Below, in pieces: positions 19,061-29,039 of a stretch of 64,000 nucleotides of DNA (position 1 is the first letter of the stretch; each line of letters opens with the position of its first letter). The notes below the pieces were generated by a model that searched no databases, was not told the origin of the DNA, and worked only from the letters and a program-made list of their open reading frames with translations. Source of the stretch: an uncultured Nitrospiraceae bacterium (GTDB lineage Bacteria; Nitrospirota; Thermodesulfovibrionia; Thermodesulfovibrionales; Dissulfurispiraceae); assembly GCA_963727805.1 (NCBI GenBank), contig CAVSHF010000005.1, forward strand, positions 1,177,790-1,241,789. Direction: 5' to 3'. The position numbers and the translations under genes are program-made.

Positions 19061-19468
19061 TTATCCACTTTTCTTGGCGTTAATGACCATCGGGCTCGTT
19101 CCCGTCCCAACCCGAAATCCACACTGTTCGTAAAATTTGACCTGTTCATCAAATGCGATCAAGTTTATTCTCGCATACCCTTTGTATTCTTTAAGCATGA
19201 GCATAATTAATTGTTTTCCTATACCCGTCCCTTGATATTCAGGCTTTACTAATAGATAAGGGAAAGAGACGTTCAAAACACCATCCGACAAAGAATTAAT
19301 CAGGCCGACCAAATTCTCACCGTCCCACGCTGTGTAGACAGCATCGGAATTCTTTATCGCTGCTCGCAATTTGTCCGGATATTTTGCGGAATCCCACTTG
19401 ACCGAAAGGAATAATTCCTGAAGCTGAATCCGATCAAATTCCTTTGTGTTCTTATATCTGATACCCAC
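19061..19468 (-). CDS. GNAT-family N-acetyltransferase
   Basis: 'LLVKPEYQGTGIGKQLI' acetyl-CoA motif, 'FYEQCGF'. Confidence 0.88.
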   Translation of the reverse strand: MGIRYKNTKEFDRIQLQELFLSVKWDSAKYPDKLRAAIKNSDAVYTAWDGENLVGLINSLSDGVLNVSFPYLLVKPEYQGTGIGKQLIMLMLKEYKGYARINLIAFDEQVKFYEQCGFRVGTGTSPMVINAKKSG

Positions 19469-19661
19469 GCAAAAACCTCCGGGTTAACCATCAATAGCTA
19501 TGATAATGATAGAATGTCTTCTTCGTCCAGCAGATAAAATTCAATAATAGCTCATTGAATTAAAGTAATAAAAATCAATATGCCAATGATCAGTATGCGT
19601 GATCGTTTCAGTGAAATGACTACTTCTGGAGGATGTAAAGTCAAAATGCTTCGCTTTGAGG

Positions 19662-19967
19662 TTAAACTTTCATATCGATGAGGCTCTTGAGCACGTCATT
19701 TTCGGTCTGTAGCGATTTGATATTAACCTGAATAGCATTCTTTTCTATCATCATATCAACCATTTCTTTGGCAATGTCTACATCGGCATTTTCACTTTGG
19801 CTCAACGTCACTTTGACTTCGCCGTTGACATCCTCATTTATTACAGCACTGGTCGGCTTAAACCCGTTCGTATTCATATTTGCAATATTGTTAGCAGTAA
19901 CGTTCAGTCCGGTGCCGAAAGCAGCCAATGCACTGAGTGCGCTGTTGGTAACAGTTCCGATAGACAT
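19662..19967 (-). CDS. Short flagellar basal-body rod/hook-like protein (N- and C-terminal rod motifs only)
   Basis: 'TANNIANMNTNGFK' and 'VDIAKEMVDMM' motifs; 101 aa. Confidence 0.75.
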   Translation of the reverse strand: MSIGTVTNSALSALAAFGTGLNVTANNIANMNTNGFKPTSAVINEDVNGEVKVTLSQSENADVDIAKEMVDMMIEKNAIQVNIKSLQTENDVLKSLIDMKV

Positions 19968-20042
19968 TCAAGCCTCCTTAATTGAGGGCTGCAAGCCATG
20001 CGTCTATTAAAAAATGCCAGGGAGTCAATGCACCGTACTATG

Positions 20043-20069
20043 TTATCGAAGAATAATGGAGATACTTTA
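20043..20069 (-). promoter_or_regulatory. Putative sigma28 (FliA) promoter
   Basis: TAAAGTAT-N11-TTCGATAA vs consensus TAAAGTTT-N11-GCCGATAA, upstream of the rod-like gene. Confidence 0.5.
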
Positions 20070-20091
20070 ATCTGTGGGCATGCAGGAGAGT

Positions 20092-20649
20092 TTATCGTAG
20101 CAATTCAGCAAAACCACTCTGATCTCTTGATACAGCTATCGACAGGGCCGTTTGACCCTCCCGTGTTTTAGCGTTGACATCTGCCCCGTTCTCAATCAAT
20201 AGTTTTCCAATAGCGATCTGTCCCGTATAGGCCGCATACATCAGGGGTGTCCAGCCAGTATTTGACTTGGCATTTACCTCCGCTCCTTTATTCATTAACA
20301 GTTTTGCAAGTTCAGTCTGGCCATAGTAGGATGCATACATCAACGCTGTCCAGCCGAGCCAGTCTTTCGCATTTACCTTGGCACCCTTTTCTAGTAATAA
20401 CTTTCCTATTTCGATAGGGGCTTCGGTCGACGCAGCTGTGGCCATGAGGGGGGTTATGCCGCTTTCGTCTGTAGTGTTCATATTGGTATTCACATTTGCC
20501 CCCGCGGCAATCGTTTCCCTCACTTTTTGAATGTTTTTTGTTCGTATCGCATCCATCAGCGCGGTATTATGAACATCTGCCGCATAAGCTACGATTCCTG
20601 GGATTAGACTTAATGCCAGAGCAAAAAAAAGCGAAAGTAATTTCTTCAT
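20092..20649 (-). CDS. Secreted ankyrin-repeat protein
   Basis: Signal peptide 'MKKLLSLFF...AYA'; repeated 'G(W/I)T(A/P)LM.A...LL.KGA.VNAK'. Confidence 0.9.
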   Translation of the reverse strand: MKKLLSLFFALALSLIPGIVAYAADVHNTALMDAIRTKNIQKVRETIAAGANVNTNMNTTDESGITPLMATAASTEAPIEIGKLLLEKGAKVNAKDWLGWTALMYASYYGQTELAKLLMNKGAEVNAKSNTGWTPLMYAAYTGQIAIGKLLIENGADVNAKTREGQTALSIAVSRDQSGFAELLR

Positions 20650-20938
20650 ATTTAACTCCTTTGAATGCATGCCGCTGCAACCCGAGAATAACTGCAGCGG
20701 GTTCATATATCCCGAAGTGGGTTATAGGGCGAAGTATCCGGCATTGAGCTCTTATCGATTCCTTGTACTTGTATATCGGGGTTACCTTCGGATTATAAGC
20801 GTTAATTTTTATTTTATCAATATACAACTGGCATGTCGAAGGTGGTGGCCTCTAAAGTTTTATGCTATTATTTCAAACAATCATCCGATTGCAATGAGCA
20901 ATTAATATGAGAGGCATTTCAAACATAAGGAGATCACT

Positions 20939-21295
20939 ATGGCAACATCTGACCGGGCCTGTTTTGCAAGGCTGGAAGATTTTATCACGTTCGCAAAAAC
21001 TGGCGCAAAACTTCATGCATCCGTTGCTCTCGAAAAACAACTTGTCGCACAGAAGCATCCGCAGCGAAAGAGTGAGAAGATGGAGGAGGAACTGGCCATG
21101 TATATCCTCTCTGCCATTTTCACCTTCAAAATGGGGAGCGGAGATAAAACGGTATCGAAAGTTTATCTTTTTGGTTCGACTGGAGAATCAGCGCACGATT
21201 CAAGAGTCCATATAAACATAGTTAATGCACGACTTACAGTCGATTACAAAAGGCTCAGAGACGCGAATATAACGATCGATGAAAATTTCTTTTAA
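20939..21295 (+). CDS. Hypothetical protein
   Basis: 118-aa ORF with AAGGAG RBS; no motif recognised. Confidence 0.55.
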   Translation: MATSDRACFARLEDFITFAKTGAKLHASVALEKQLVAQKHPQRKSEKMEEELAMYILSAIFTFKMGSGDKTVSKVYLFGSTGESAHDSRVHINIVNARLTVDYKRLRDANITIDENFF

Positions 21296-21362
21296 CAAAC
21301 ACTATAAATCGCTGGTCATTTCGACTACCGAAAAAACTACGAGTGGCATCTCAGAAGAGGGG

Positions 21363-21890
21363 TCATGTAGCCGGAGCAAAAGTCTTCAATTGTGAAGGAT
21401 CAAGATCGGCTCTCTGCGGCAAATAATAATCCAGCCATGCCGATTTAGGTGATTCTGGATTATCCTTCAATATCCGCAGTGCCTCCAACCTCTCTTGCGG
21501 ATATGCTTTCCCCCAACCCAAAAAATCATTTGAGAGCATTTCAAGGCTTAAAAGTACAGCGGCCAGAAACTTCCATCCATCCTTCTCACGGCTTGCCAAA
21601 ACTCTATCCGCAAGAAATATCACAACCACTGTGAAAAGACTCCACCAGGGAATAAAAAAAGTAAAGCAAATGACCCCGATGCTCCCTAAAAAACACCATT
21701 TCCGAATTGTAAAGTACCGATTAGTTACCTTCGATGCAGCATTAGCCTCGGGAATCATGGTCAGGGCAGTCATGTTATCGTCCGTTCCAATTTTTACGGC
21801 GAGATTGTCAAAGCCCTTTTTTCGATGAGATTGTGTAACCGTCTGCGTGCAAATACTGAAAAGCTCAGGTGGTATAAACCCTATTTTCAT
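21363..21890 (-). CDS. Hypothetical membrane protein
   Basis: 175-aa ORF, GAGG RBS, central hydrophobic hairpin. Confidence 0.55.
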   Translation of the reverse strand: MKIGFIPPELFSICTQTVTQSHRKKGFDNLAVKIGTDDNMTALTMIPEANAASKVTNRYFTIRKWCFLGSIGVICFTFFIPWWSLFTVVVIFLADRVLASREKDGWKFLAAVLLSLEMLSNDFLGWGKAYPQERLEALRILKDNPESPKSAWLDYYLPQRADLDPSQLKTFAPAT

Positions 21891-22144
21891 TCATAGCCTC
21901 AATATCCAGTTTCCATAACAATACCAGATAACGATCTGGCTGTCAAAAAGATTACTACGATTCCCAGCTGCTTCCCTGTAAATTCAAGACACATGCATTG
22001 ATCCAAACACACAAAAGTCGCTTGATAACATCAGAGTCAGTGTTCTTTGTGTGCATTCATCGTTCTCAAAATAATATTCTTGAAAAATATATTCCTGGAA
22101 TGATATGCTTTGCGATATAGTCAGTTCAAGTGGAGCGGAATGCC

Positions 22145-22363
22145 ATGATGATAAGAGTTGTATACCACGATAATACGTACGATACGATTCCTGTTTTTAT
22201 CCTCCAGCTCGGCATCGATTGCAAAAAGATCAAAATGTTTTACCGCAGTTCCGAAAAGAGATGGATTACTGTGGGGGTAGATCGCGTTAGAAAAGCGGAA
22301 GAATACCATCCTGATAGGCCCGAACGACGCAAGGCAAATCTGTCGACCGCTCAACTGGTATAA
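22145..22363 (+). CDS. Small protein, GSU3473-like
   Basis: 'MIRVVYHDNTYD...KIKMFYRSSEKRWITVGVDRVR...PERR' resembles this small family (recognition, not a search). Confidence 0.6.
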   Translation: MMIRVVYHDNTYDTIPVFILQLGIDCKKIKMFYRSSEKRWITVGVDRVRKAEEYHPDRPERRKANLSTAQLV

Positions 22364-22366
22364 ATC

Positions 22367-22717
22367 CTACTTAAAGGTTTTCAGGACATAATCTGCAATC
22401 GCTCTGGCTTCCTTATCAGAGACCGTCTTCTTGTCGAACTTTGTCATGCCCGGCCCAGGATTTCTCATCTTCTTGATGATATCAGCAGGCTTCCTGATAC
22501 CATTGGCATCGAGGTCCTTTTTTAGAAGTGACTTTTCAGGGGTAACGACATTGCTGCCGTCAGGATGGCAAATAGCACAATGCTCCTTAAATTCAGTCTC
22601 TCCCGAAATTTTCTTCATCGCCTTTTCTCCTGTCTTATCCTCCGCCGCAAATGACCCTCCGGTGACAAATGCGCACAGACACATCGTCGCAGCCGCTATG
22701 GTCAACACCTTCCTCAT
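22367..22717 (-). CDS. Monoheme class I cytochrome c (c6-like)
   Basis: Signal peptide, CAICH, distal 'PGPGM'; GGAGG RBS. Confidence 0.88.
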   Translation of the reverse strand: MRKVLTIAAATMCLCAFVTGGSFAAEDKTGEKAMKKISGETEFKEHCAICHPDGSNVVTPEKSLLKKDLDANGIRKPADIIKKMRNPGPGMTKFDKKTVSDKEARAIADYVLKTFK

Positions 22718-23021
22718 TTCTTACTTCCTCCTTGTTAACTTATTAGTTTGCACCTGTTATTACACTATGTTAGTTATTCTTTATCTGTCATTCCACCGTA
22801 GGCAACAACGGTACTTTCAGGATTTCATCCGGTAACTCTCCTGTATGAGATTTTAATAAATCACGAGGTCGATAGTGTGCTGCTTCGTTGTCTCCTTCCA
22901 GCGCTGGATCTTCGCCATTATCATGCCCCTTCCTGCGTATCGGCTGAGCCGTCGTGAAAATAGGGCGACATTATCCTCAGGATCATCCCTCTATTTCCTG
23001 CACTTGCTCTGTAATCATACC

Positions 23022-23339
23022 CTAGTCGCCAGTCCCGTACTTTTCAGTCAAATATGCGATGATCACATCCGCGTCTGCATCGGACATCGGAGCGCCGAAG
23101 ACCTTTCTCATCTTGGTAACCGTCGAAGTCCACTGCATTTTCGAACCCTTCGGTTGCATGGTAATGTAATCCACACTATGGCAGATATTGCAGAGCGTAG
23201 CCACTTTATCCTTACCCTCTCCCTGAGCAAGCTTTATCTGTTCTGCCGGAAGGGTGATCTGCTTTATCTCCTTTTCTTGAGCAGAGACAAATCCGATCAT
23301 CATCGCCAGCAATACGGTCAGTATGAATGTTCTTTTCAT
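23022..23339 (-). CDS. sorB: SorB-type cytochrome c subunit of sulfite dehydrogenase
   Basis: Signal peptide, 'CNICHSVDYITMQP', 'VTKMRKVFGAPM'; directly after sorA. Confidence 0.8.
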   Translation of the reverse strand: MKRTFILTVLLAMMIGFVSAQEKEIKQITLPAEQIKLAQGEGKDKVATLCNICHSVDYITMQPKGSKMQWTSTVTKMRKVFGAPMSDADADVIIAYLTEKYGTGD

Positions 23340-23347
23340 GTTCCCTC

Positions 23348-24538
23348 CTACATGACCGTTACTTCGGTCTTTTCGACCTTGTTCCACAGATACCCGGCTG
23401 GGTTCCAGAGACTTTCAAAGGGCTGCGATTCTCCGATACTGTTTGTCGCCTTTGACATCAAAGTGTATGTGCCAGGCCTTTCAGGTTTCCAGCTGTAAAA
23501 CCATTGTATCCATGAGTACCTGCCCAAATCCTTACCGAGACGTGCCTGATTCCATGTCCTGCCGTTATCGAATGAGATTACCACATCACGTATGCCGCGA
23601 CCGCCCGAAAATGCAATCCCCACAACTTCGACAGAAGCATTTGCTCTTAGCGGTGCCTCGTTTGCGGGAGTGATAATAAGTGAACGTGTGGTCATCCGGC
23701 TTATCGGGACCGTTTTCTTCGGTGCCGTACCGGGTGGTATACATCCACAGTCGTTGTCAGGGATGCGATAAGCGGTCTTCACCCAAAAGCCTTCAAACGG
23801 TTTCGACAGCACGGTTATCTCACTCAGAGATTTCACCCAATATGTTGCGTACCAACCCGGCACGATTAGACGAGCCGGGAATCCATTGAGCATGGGGAGC
23901 GGGTTCCCGTTCATCTCATAAGCGACGATTATGTCATCTTCCATCGCTTTATCGATAGGAAGGCTCTTCACCAAATCGGGTACGGTCGTCAGCGGAGGTT
24001 TATCGAGCCCGTCAAATGATACATCTACCGATCCGGCCTTGACGCCTGCCTTGTCAAGGATATCTTTCAGGCGCGCACCCGACCACGTGACATTACCCAT
24101 CGCACCATTGCCCCATTGTCCACCGAATACCCTTGGCTCGAAAAAGCTTCGTCCGTTGCCCGCGCATTGAATCACTGCTGTATAGCAGGTCTTTTCAAAT
24201 TTCTTCAGGTCCTCCATCGAGAAGGATAGCTCTTTTTCCGTATTACCGCTGATTTTCAGCCTCCATGTATTCAAATTTACGGAGGTCGGCACCTGCGAAA
24301 TATGCCATCTGACAAAGACCGCTTCATTTGGTGTTATCAATTCTTTGAAGTAGGAGATCGGCGTTTCGAGCTGTGGCGGCCGCGAAGTGAGCAGCATCAG
24401 GTTCGTTTTTTCGGGGAACCTCGCCATACGTGGTTCGTTCCCGAAGGCAAGGTCAGGGATACCCCCCAGCGCTGCCATGGCCGTAACGGTGCCCGCTGCT
24501 TTTAAAAAATGCCTTCGCGTCAAGCCAGAATTATCCAT
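23348..24538 (-). CDS. sorA: SorA-type molybdopterin sulfite dehydrogenase (sulfite oxidase family)
   Basis: Tat motif 'TRRHFLK'; 'RPPQLETP', Mo-ligand 'QCAGNGR', 'LNGFPARLIVPGWYATYWVK', 'WNPAGY'; GGAGG RBS before ATG 24538. Confidence 0.85.
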   Translation of the reverse strand: MDNSGLTRRHFLKAAGTVTAMAALGGIPDLAFGNEPRMARFPEKTNLMLLTSRPPQLETPISYFKELITPNEAVFVRWHISQVPTSVNLNTWRLKISGNTEKELSFSMEDLKKFEKTCYTAVIQCAGNGRSFFEPRVFGGQWGNGAMGNVTWSGARLKDILDKAGVKAGSVDVSFDGLDKPPLTTVPDLVKSLPIDKAMEDDIIVAYEMNGNPLPMLNGFPARLIVPGWYATYWVKSLSEITVLSKPFEGFWVKTAYRIPDNDCGCIPPGTAPKKTVPISRMTTRSLIITPANEAPLRANASVEVVGIAFSGGRGIRDVVISFDNGRTWNQARLGKDLGRYSWIQWFYSWKPERPGTYTLMSKATNSIGESQPFESLWNPAGYLWNKVEKTEVTVM

Positions 24539-24575
24539 TGCCGGCAACCTCCGTTTCTCAAACACAATTAGTTAC

Positions 24576-24604
24576 AGTATATTCTCTGGCAAGGACGCAT
24601 TCAA
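24576..24604 (-). promoter_or_regulatory. Putative sigma70 promoter for sorAB
   Basis: TTGAAT-N17-TATACT in the cyoE-sorA gap. Confidence 0.5.
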
Positions 24605-24607
24605 CCC

Positions 24608-25534
24608 TTACTGCAGGGCATTCATGATGGCGGCGGTAAACTTACTGATCCCATCGGTGACTTGGAGCTTGTCAGCAGAGATGAGTATCAATACCAAAAC
24701 CATGTAGCCATTGATCCATCCAAACACCGGACGACATAGGGCCCCCCGGCTCCCAACGAGACGGACTCCCTGCCATACCAGCCACGCCGAAACACTGATG
24801 AGAGCTACCTTTATAATGACGGCTTGTGCAAATCCGAACAGACATAAAACGAGTGCGCTAACCGCCGTTGCTGCCATCCAGAGCGAGATGATTCTCAATA
24901 ACTGTTCGCGTCCAAGGAGACGTGTGACCGAGGGTTGCCCAGCGGTTTCGTATTCACTTCCGTATCGAATCAGAAGGAGCCAGAAATGCGGGACCTGCCA
25001 CATGGCAATAAAAAGGCAAAGTGCCCAAAGCGCCGGAGATGCAATGCTTCCTCCAGCAGCGGCCCATCCTATGGCAGGCGGCACCGCACCTGTGAGCGCT
25101 CCCGGGATTGCCGCAAAAGCGCTTACTCGTTTCAATAAAGTATAGACCCCGGCATACCAGACAAGAGCTAATAACCCGAGGACCGCAGCTAAGGTGCCGC
25201 AACCTATGCTCAGAATAGCAATGCCTGAACCGGCAAGAATCAACGAGAAGCCAAGCGCGTGTACGGGGGCGATCAGACCTGCAGGAAGCGGCCGTTGTCT
25301 TGTCCGTGCCATGAGAGTGTCAGTCCCGCGCTCCTGATACTGATTGAGTCCAGAAGCTCCACAAGCGAGGAGGAAGACCCCGGTAAAAACATGTAGCAGC
25401 GTCCCTTGTAAATGTGCTGCCGCAAGAATGTAGCCGCTTGCCGCAGAGAAGGCGGCGACAAGCGAAACCCTGATTTTGCATAGGTTCAAACAGCCGCATG
25501 CCTTATTGCGATATATTAATATTGAATGATTCAT
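24608..25534 (-). CDS. cyoE: Protoheme IX farnesyltransferase (heme O synthase)
   Basis: 'NQYQERGTDTLMARTRQRPLPAG', 'YTLLKR', 'WQVPHFW'. Confidence 0.92.
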   Translation of the reverse strand: MNHSILIYRNKACGCLNLCKIRVSLVAAFSAASGYILAAAHLQGTLLHVFTGVFLLACGASGLNQYQERGTDTLMARTRQRPLPAGLIAPVHALGFSLILAGSGIAILSIGCGTLAAVLGLLALVWYAGVYTLLKRVSAFAAIPGALTGAVPPAIGWAAAGGSIASPALWALCLFIAMWQVPHFWLLLIRYGSEYETAGQPSVTRLLGREQLLRIISLWMAATAVSALVLCLFGFAQAVIIKVALISVSAWLVWQGVRLVGSRGALCRPVFGWINGYMVLVLILISADKLQVTDGISKFTAAIMNALQ

Positions 25535-25579
25535 CGTGACTTATTACTCCTGCTCTTTCAGCCTTCCGTGCTTTGCTCT

Positions 25580-26482
25580 TTATTTCAGCGTCTTCAAGTA
25601 TTCGACTATTGCATTTAGTTCCTCATCCGTGACCGAGATGAGCGGCATTATCGGTTGGTAACCTTTGATGATGTCAACGTTAGGGCGACGAACATAACTC
25701 TTAATATATTCGTCATCGACTGAAACCTCGCGTTCATTTCCCTTCGTCACAACCGTCTCCTTCACACCGTATAGGCCCTTGAAGGTCGGACCTACTTTCA
25801 TTGAACCGTCTGTGCTGTGGCACCCCAGGCATCCCTTCTCTCCGACAAGTTTTTGCCCCAGCGCAGCGACACCTGCTGCCTCTGCACCAGAATACCATTT
25901 GTCAAACTCGGCTACCGGCATCACGATCACCTTCGATAGCATGTGTGAATGTTCAACTCCACAATATTCAGTACAATAAATATCGTAAGTGCCTTCCTCG
26001 TCGGCATTGAACCAGATATAGGTCTTCATGCCGGGAACACAGTCTTCCTTTATCCTGAATGCTGGAATGTAGAGGCTGTGAATGACGTCCTCCGACATCA
26101 ATATCAGTTTCACTGGCTTGTTCAGCGGCACCCTCAGTACGTCGCTTTTCCTGCCGTTTCCGTAAACAAAAAGCCAAGACCACTGGCGCGATATAACATT
26201 AATGATCATGGCGTTTTTCGGCGGCGTCCTGATAAATTCAAAATTCACCCAACCGAAATAAAACATAGAAAGGGCAAGTGCCGTCGGAACGGCCGTCCAG
26301 ACTATCTCGAGCCAGAGGCTATCCTTCACTTCCTCGGGGTCTGGATGGCGTTTGCTGTTAAACTTAATCACGAAAACAAGCATGACGATAGTCACAATAA
26401 CCAGTAGGACGACGGAAATCCCGACGATATAGAAGAAGGCTTCGTCTACCTTGCCAGTCGAAATCGCCGGACCGAAGAACAT
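25580..26482 (-). CDS. coxB: Cytochrome c oxidase subunit II with C-terminal cytochrome c
   Basis: 'DVIHS', CuA motif 'CTEYCGVEHSHM', heme motif CLGCH; probable ATG 26482. Confidence 0.92.
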   Translation of the reverse strand: MFFGPAISTGKVDEAFFYIVGISVVLLVIVTIVMLVFVIKFNSKRHPDPEEVKDSLWLEIVWTAVPTALALSMFYFGWVNFEFIRTPPKNAMIINVISRQWSWLFVYGNGRKSDVLRVPLNKPVKLILMSEDVIHSLYIPAFRIKEDCVPGMKTYIWFNADEEGTYDIYCTEYCGVEHSHMLSKVIVMPVAEFDKWYSGAEAAGVAALGQKLVGEKGCLGCHSTDGSMKVGPTFKGLYGVKETVVTKGNEREVSVDDEYIKSYVRRPNVDIIKGYQPIMPLISVTDEELNAIVEYLKTLK

Positions 26483-26490
26483 GGAGGGCC

Positions 26491-26784
26491 TCACCGGTAC
26501 CAGGTATCGACGAAGGTCAGGGCGATGATCAACGTAAGAGCCCCGATGGCGAGCAGCAGCATGCCTTTCACCACCCATCCTTCATATCTCAGATGCATGA
26601 AATAGGTGAGCACTAGGCTGGCCTTTACTGTAGCGATAACAAGGCTTCCAAGGACACTGTAGCTCGCAAGAAGTTCGAACCGTGCAATTGCGATAGTCAT
26701 CCCGAGAAGCACCAGGAGTGCTCCCCATACGTAGGTGTAATGGCTGTATCCGACGGTCTGAGGTTGAGAATCGTCTCTGTCCAT
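26491..26784 (-). CDS. coxD: Cytochrome c oxidase subunit IV
   Basis: Three TM helices, 'KASLVLTYFMHLRYE'. Confidence 0.85.
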   Translation of the reverse strand: MDRDDSQPQTVGYSHYTYVWGALLVLLGMTIAIARFELLASYSVLGSLVIATVKASLVLTYFMHLRYEGWVVKGMLLLAIGALTLIIALTFVDTWYR

Positions 26785-26806
26785 TTCGTTCACTCCACAA
26801 TCGATC

Positions 26807-27445
26807 CTATGTTATCAGATAGAAAAGCGGGAAGAGATATATCCAAACAATATCCACAAAATGCCAATAGAGCCCGGTGTTTTCGAGCTTTGCGAAATTG
26901 TCTTTGTCGAGGACTCCACGCCTAGTATAAAAAAGCATGATCGCTATCACGATAATACCGAGCAGCACATGGAGACCATGAATGCCAGTCATCACAAAGT
27001 AGAGGCCGAAGAAGAGAATGTCTCCCTTTTCACGCGCCAAAAGAATCGGAGAATTTGGATAGATCCCTTTCGAGATTTTGGCTCCCCACTCAAAGTATTT
27101 GATGATGAGAAAGCAACCTGCGAACAGTATCGTTGCCATTTGCATAAGAGATGAGAGCCGTCTGTTACCCTTCTTAATTGCTGCGATAGCAACGGCGATG
27201 GTAAGACTGCTGCTAAGAAGGACCATGGTATTGATCGACCCCAGCAGGAGGTTTTCCTCCTGGGCCGCCAAATGGAACTCCGCAGGATAACGTGATCGAT
27301 AGACCGCATAGAGCAGAAACATTCCGCCGAAGAAGAGCAGTTCGGTAAAAAGGAAGAGCCACATGCCGATCTTCTTTCCCGCATAGTCGATGCGACCCAA
27401 CTCTGTCACTGGTACCGTAGCTCCCAGATTGTTATTTTTTTCCAA
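26807..27445 (-). CDS. coxC: Cytochrome c oxidase subunit III
   Basis: 'GMWLFLFTELLFFGG', 'TGIHGLHV', 'GLYWHFVDIVW'. Confidence 0.93.
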   Translation of the reverse strand: MEKNNNLGATVPVTELGRIDYAGKKIGMWLFLFTELLFFGGMFLLYAVYRSRYPAEFHLAAQEENLLLGSINTMVLLSSSLTIAVAIAAIKKGNRRLSSLMQMATILFAGCFLIIKYFEWGAKISKGIYPNSPILLAREKGDILFFGLYFVMTGIHGLHVLLGIIVIAIMLFYTRRGVLDKDNFAKLENTGLYWHFVDIVWIYLFPLFYLIT

Positions 27446-29039
27446 AGCTATATGGCGCCTCGGTAATCACCGGCGTTTCGATAAAGTTTTCATAGGGTGG
27501 CGGTGACGGTATACTCCACTCAAGGGTCCGCCCTCCCCATGGATTTGCTGATGCCTTCGGACCGCTGAAGAGCGCCCTGATCAGATTGCCGAAAATAATA
27601 ATCAGACCAATAGCCAGCAGCCATGAACCAACTGTAGAAACCATCTCCCCGGAATGGTACTGCGGCGGCGGGTCGAAGTATCTCCTCGGCATGCCGTTGT
27701 ATCCCAGGATAAACATGCTGAAATAAAGCACGTTAAATCCGACGAAGAAGAAAAACCAACCAATTTTCGCAGCCTTCTCGTTGAACATCTTGCCGAACAT
27801 CTTGGGATACCAATAATGCAGTCCCGCAAGAAACGCAAAGCCGACACCGCCGAACATGACATAGTGGAAATGGGCCACGATGAAATAGGTGCCGTGGACG
27901 TGCAGGTTTGGTGCGAGCGAGCCAATGATAAGACCGGTCAGACCGCCGATCGAAAAGAGAAAGATGAACGATAGGGCGAAGAGGAGCGGCGAGTCAATCT
28001 GGATCGACCCCTTGTAGAGAGTAGCTATCCAGTTGAAGACCTTCACCCCACTCGGAACTGCGACCAGAAAGGTGATGAAAGAAAAGACAATCCTAGCTGT
28101 ATCACTCATGCCGCTCGTAAACATGTGATGCCCCCAAACGAAATATCCGACCGTAGCAATCGCCAGGGCTGAAAAGACAACTGCCTTGTAGCCGAAGATC
28201 TTTCGCTTTGAAAAGGTGGGCATAATCTCGCTGATAATGCCCATGGCAGGCAAGACCATAATGTAGACGGCGGGGTGAGAATAGACCCAGAAGAGATGTT
28301 CATAGAGAATAGGATCGCCGCCTCTGGAGGGATCGAAAAACCCGACGCCGAACACCCGGCCAAGGACAATGAAGACGAGCGTAATAGCGAGAACGGGGGT
28401 AGCGAGTATCTGCACCCAGCCGGTAGCATAGAGGGTCCAGATAAAGAGCGGTAGGCGGAACCACTTCATGCCAGGTGCCCTCATGCGGTGGATGGTAGTG
28501 ACAAAATTCAGACCGGTAAAAATTGAGGAGAAACCAAGGACGAAGACCCCAAGTACAGCTAGCGAAACATTGGCTTTTGTCCTGATACTGTATGGGGCGT
28601 AAAAAGTCCAGCCCGTGTCGGGCGGCGCTCCGTTGATAAACAAGGCGAGCACTACGACGGAAGCTCCTGCCAGGTAGAGCCACAGAGTAAATCGGTTAAG
28701 CCGCGGGAATGCAACGTCTCTCGCCCCGATCATGATTGGCAGAAGGAAGTTGCCGAAGGCTACAGGGATACCTGGTATTATGAAGAGAAATATCTGGATG
28801 ATCCCGTGCACTGTAAATACTTCGTTATACTGCTGCGCGTTGAGGATTGCTCCCGGCGCAATGAGGCTCAGTCGTATGAGGACACCGAGCGCCACCCCGA
28901 CTGAAAAGAAGCTCAGGAGCGCTCCCAGGTACATAATTCCGATTCTCTTATGGTCTGTCGACATCAGCCAAGCAAGTATGCCTGGATATCTGCTACTCTC
29001 TTCGTAGAAACTGATCTCTTTAGACGCCTTATTTTCCAT
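27432..29039 (-). CDS. coxA: Cytochrome c oxidase subunit I, family A2
   Basis: 'STDHKRIG', 'TGWTFYAP', 'WVYSHPAVY' (YS motif = A2), 'VWGHHM', 'AHFHY', 'GMPRRY'. Confidence 0.95.
   Translation of the reverse strand: MENKASKEISFYEESSRYPGILAWLMSTDHKRIGIMYLGALLSFFSVGVALGVLIRLSLIAPGAILNAQQYNEVFTVHGIIQIFLFIIPGIPVAFGNFLLPIMIGARDVAFPRLNRFTLWLYLAGASVVVLALFINGAPPDTGWTFYAPYSIRTKANVSLAVLGVFVLGFSSIFTGLNFVTTIHRMRAPGMKWFRLPLFIWTLYATGWVQILATPVLAITLVFIVLGRVFGVGFFDPSRGGDPILYEHLFWVYSHPAVYIMVLPAMGIISEIMPTFSKRKIFGYKAVVFSALAIATVGYFVWGHHMFTSGMSDTARIVFSFITFLVAVPSGVKVFNWIATLYKGSIQIDSPLLFALSFIFLFSIGGLTGLIIGSLAPNLHVHGTYFIVAHFHYVMFGGVGFAFLAGLHYWYPKMFGKMFNEKAAKIGWFFFFVGFNVLYFSMFILGYNGMPRRYFDPPPQYHSGEMVSTVGSWLLAIGLIIIFGNLIRALFSGPKASANPWGGRTLEWSIPSPPPYENFIETPVITEAPYSFGKK

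Noticed and set aside
22780..22925. Short minus-strand reading frame with RBS (MIMAKIQRWKETTKQHTIDLVIY*)
   Set aside because: It is interrupted by stops and has no recognisable motif, so it cannot be supported as a gene.
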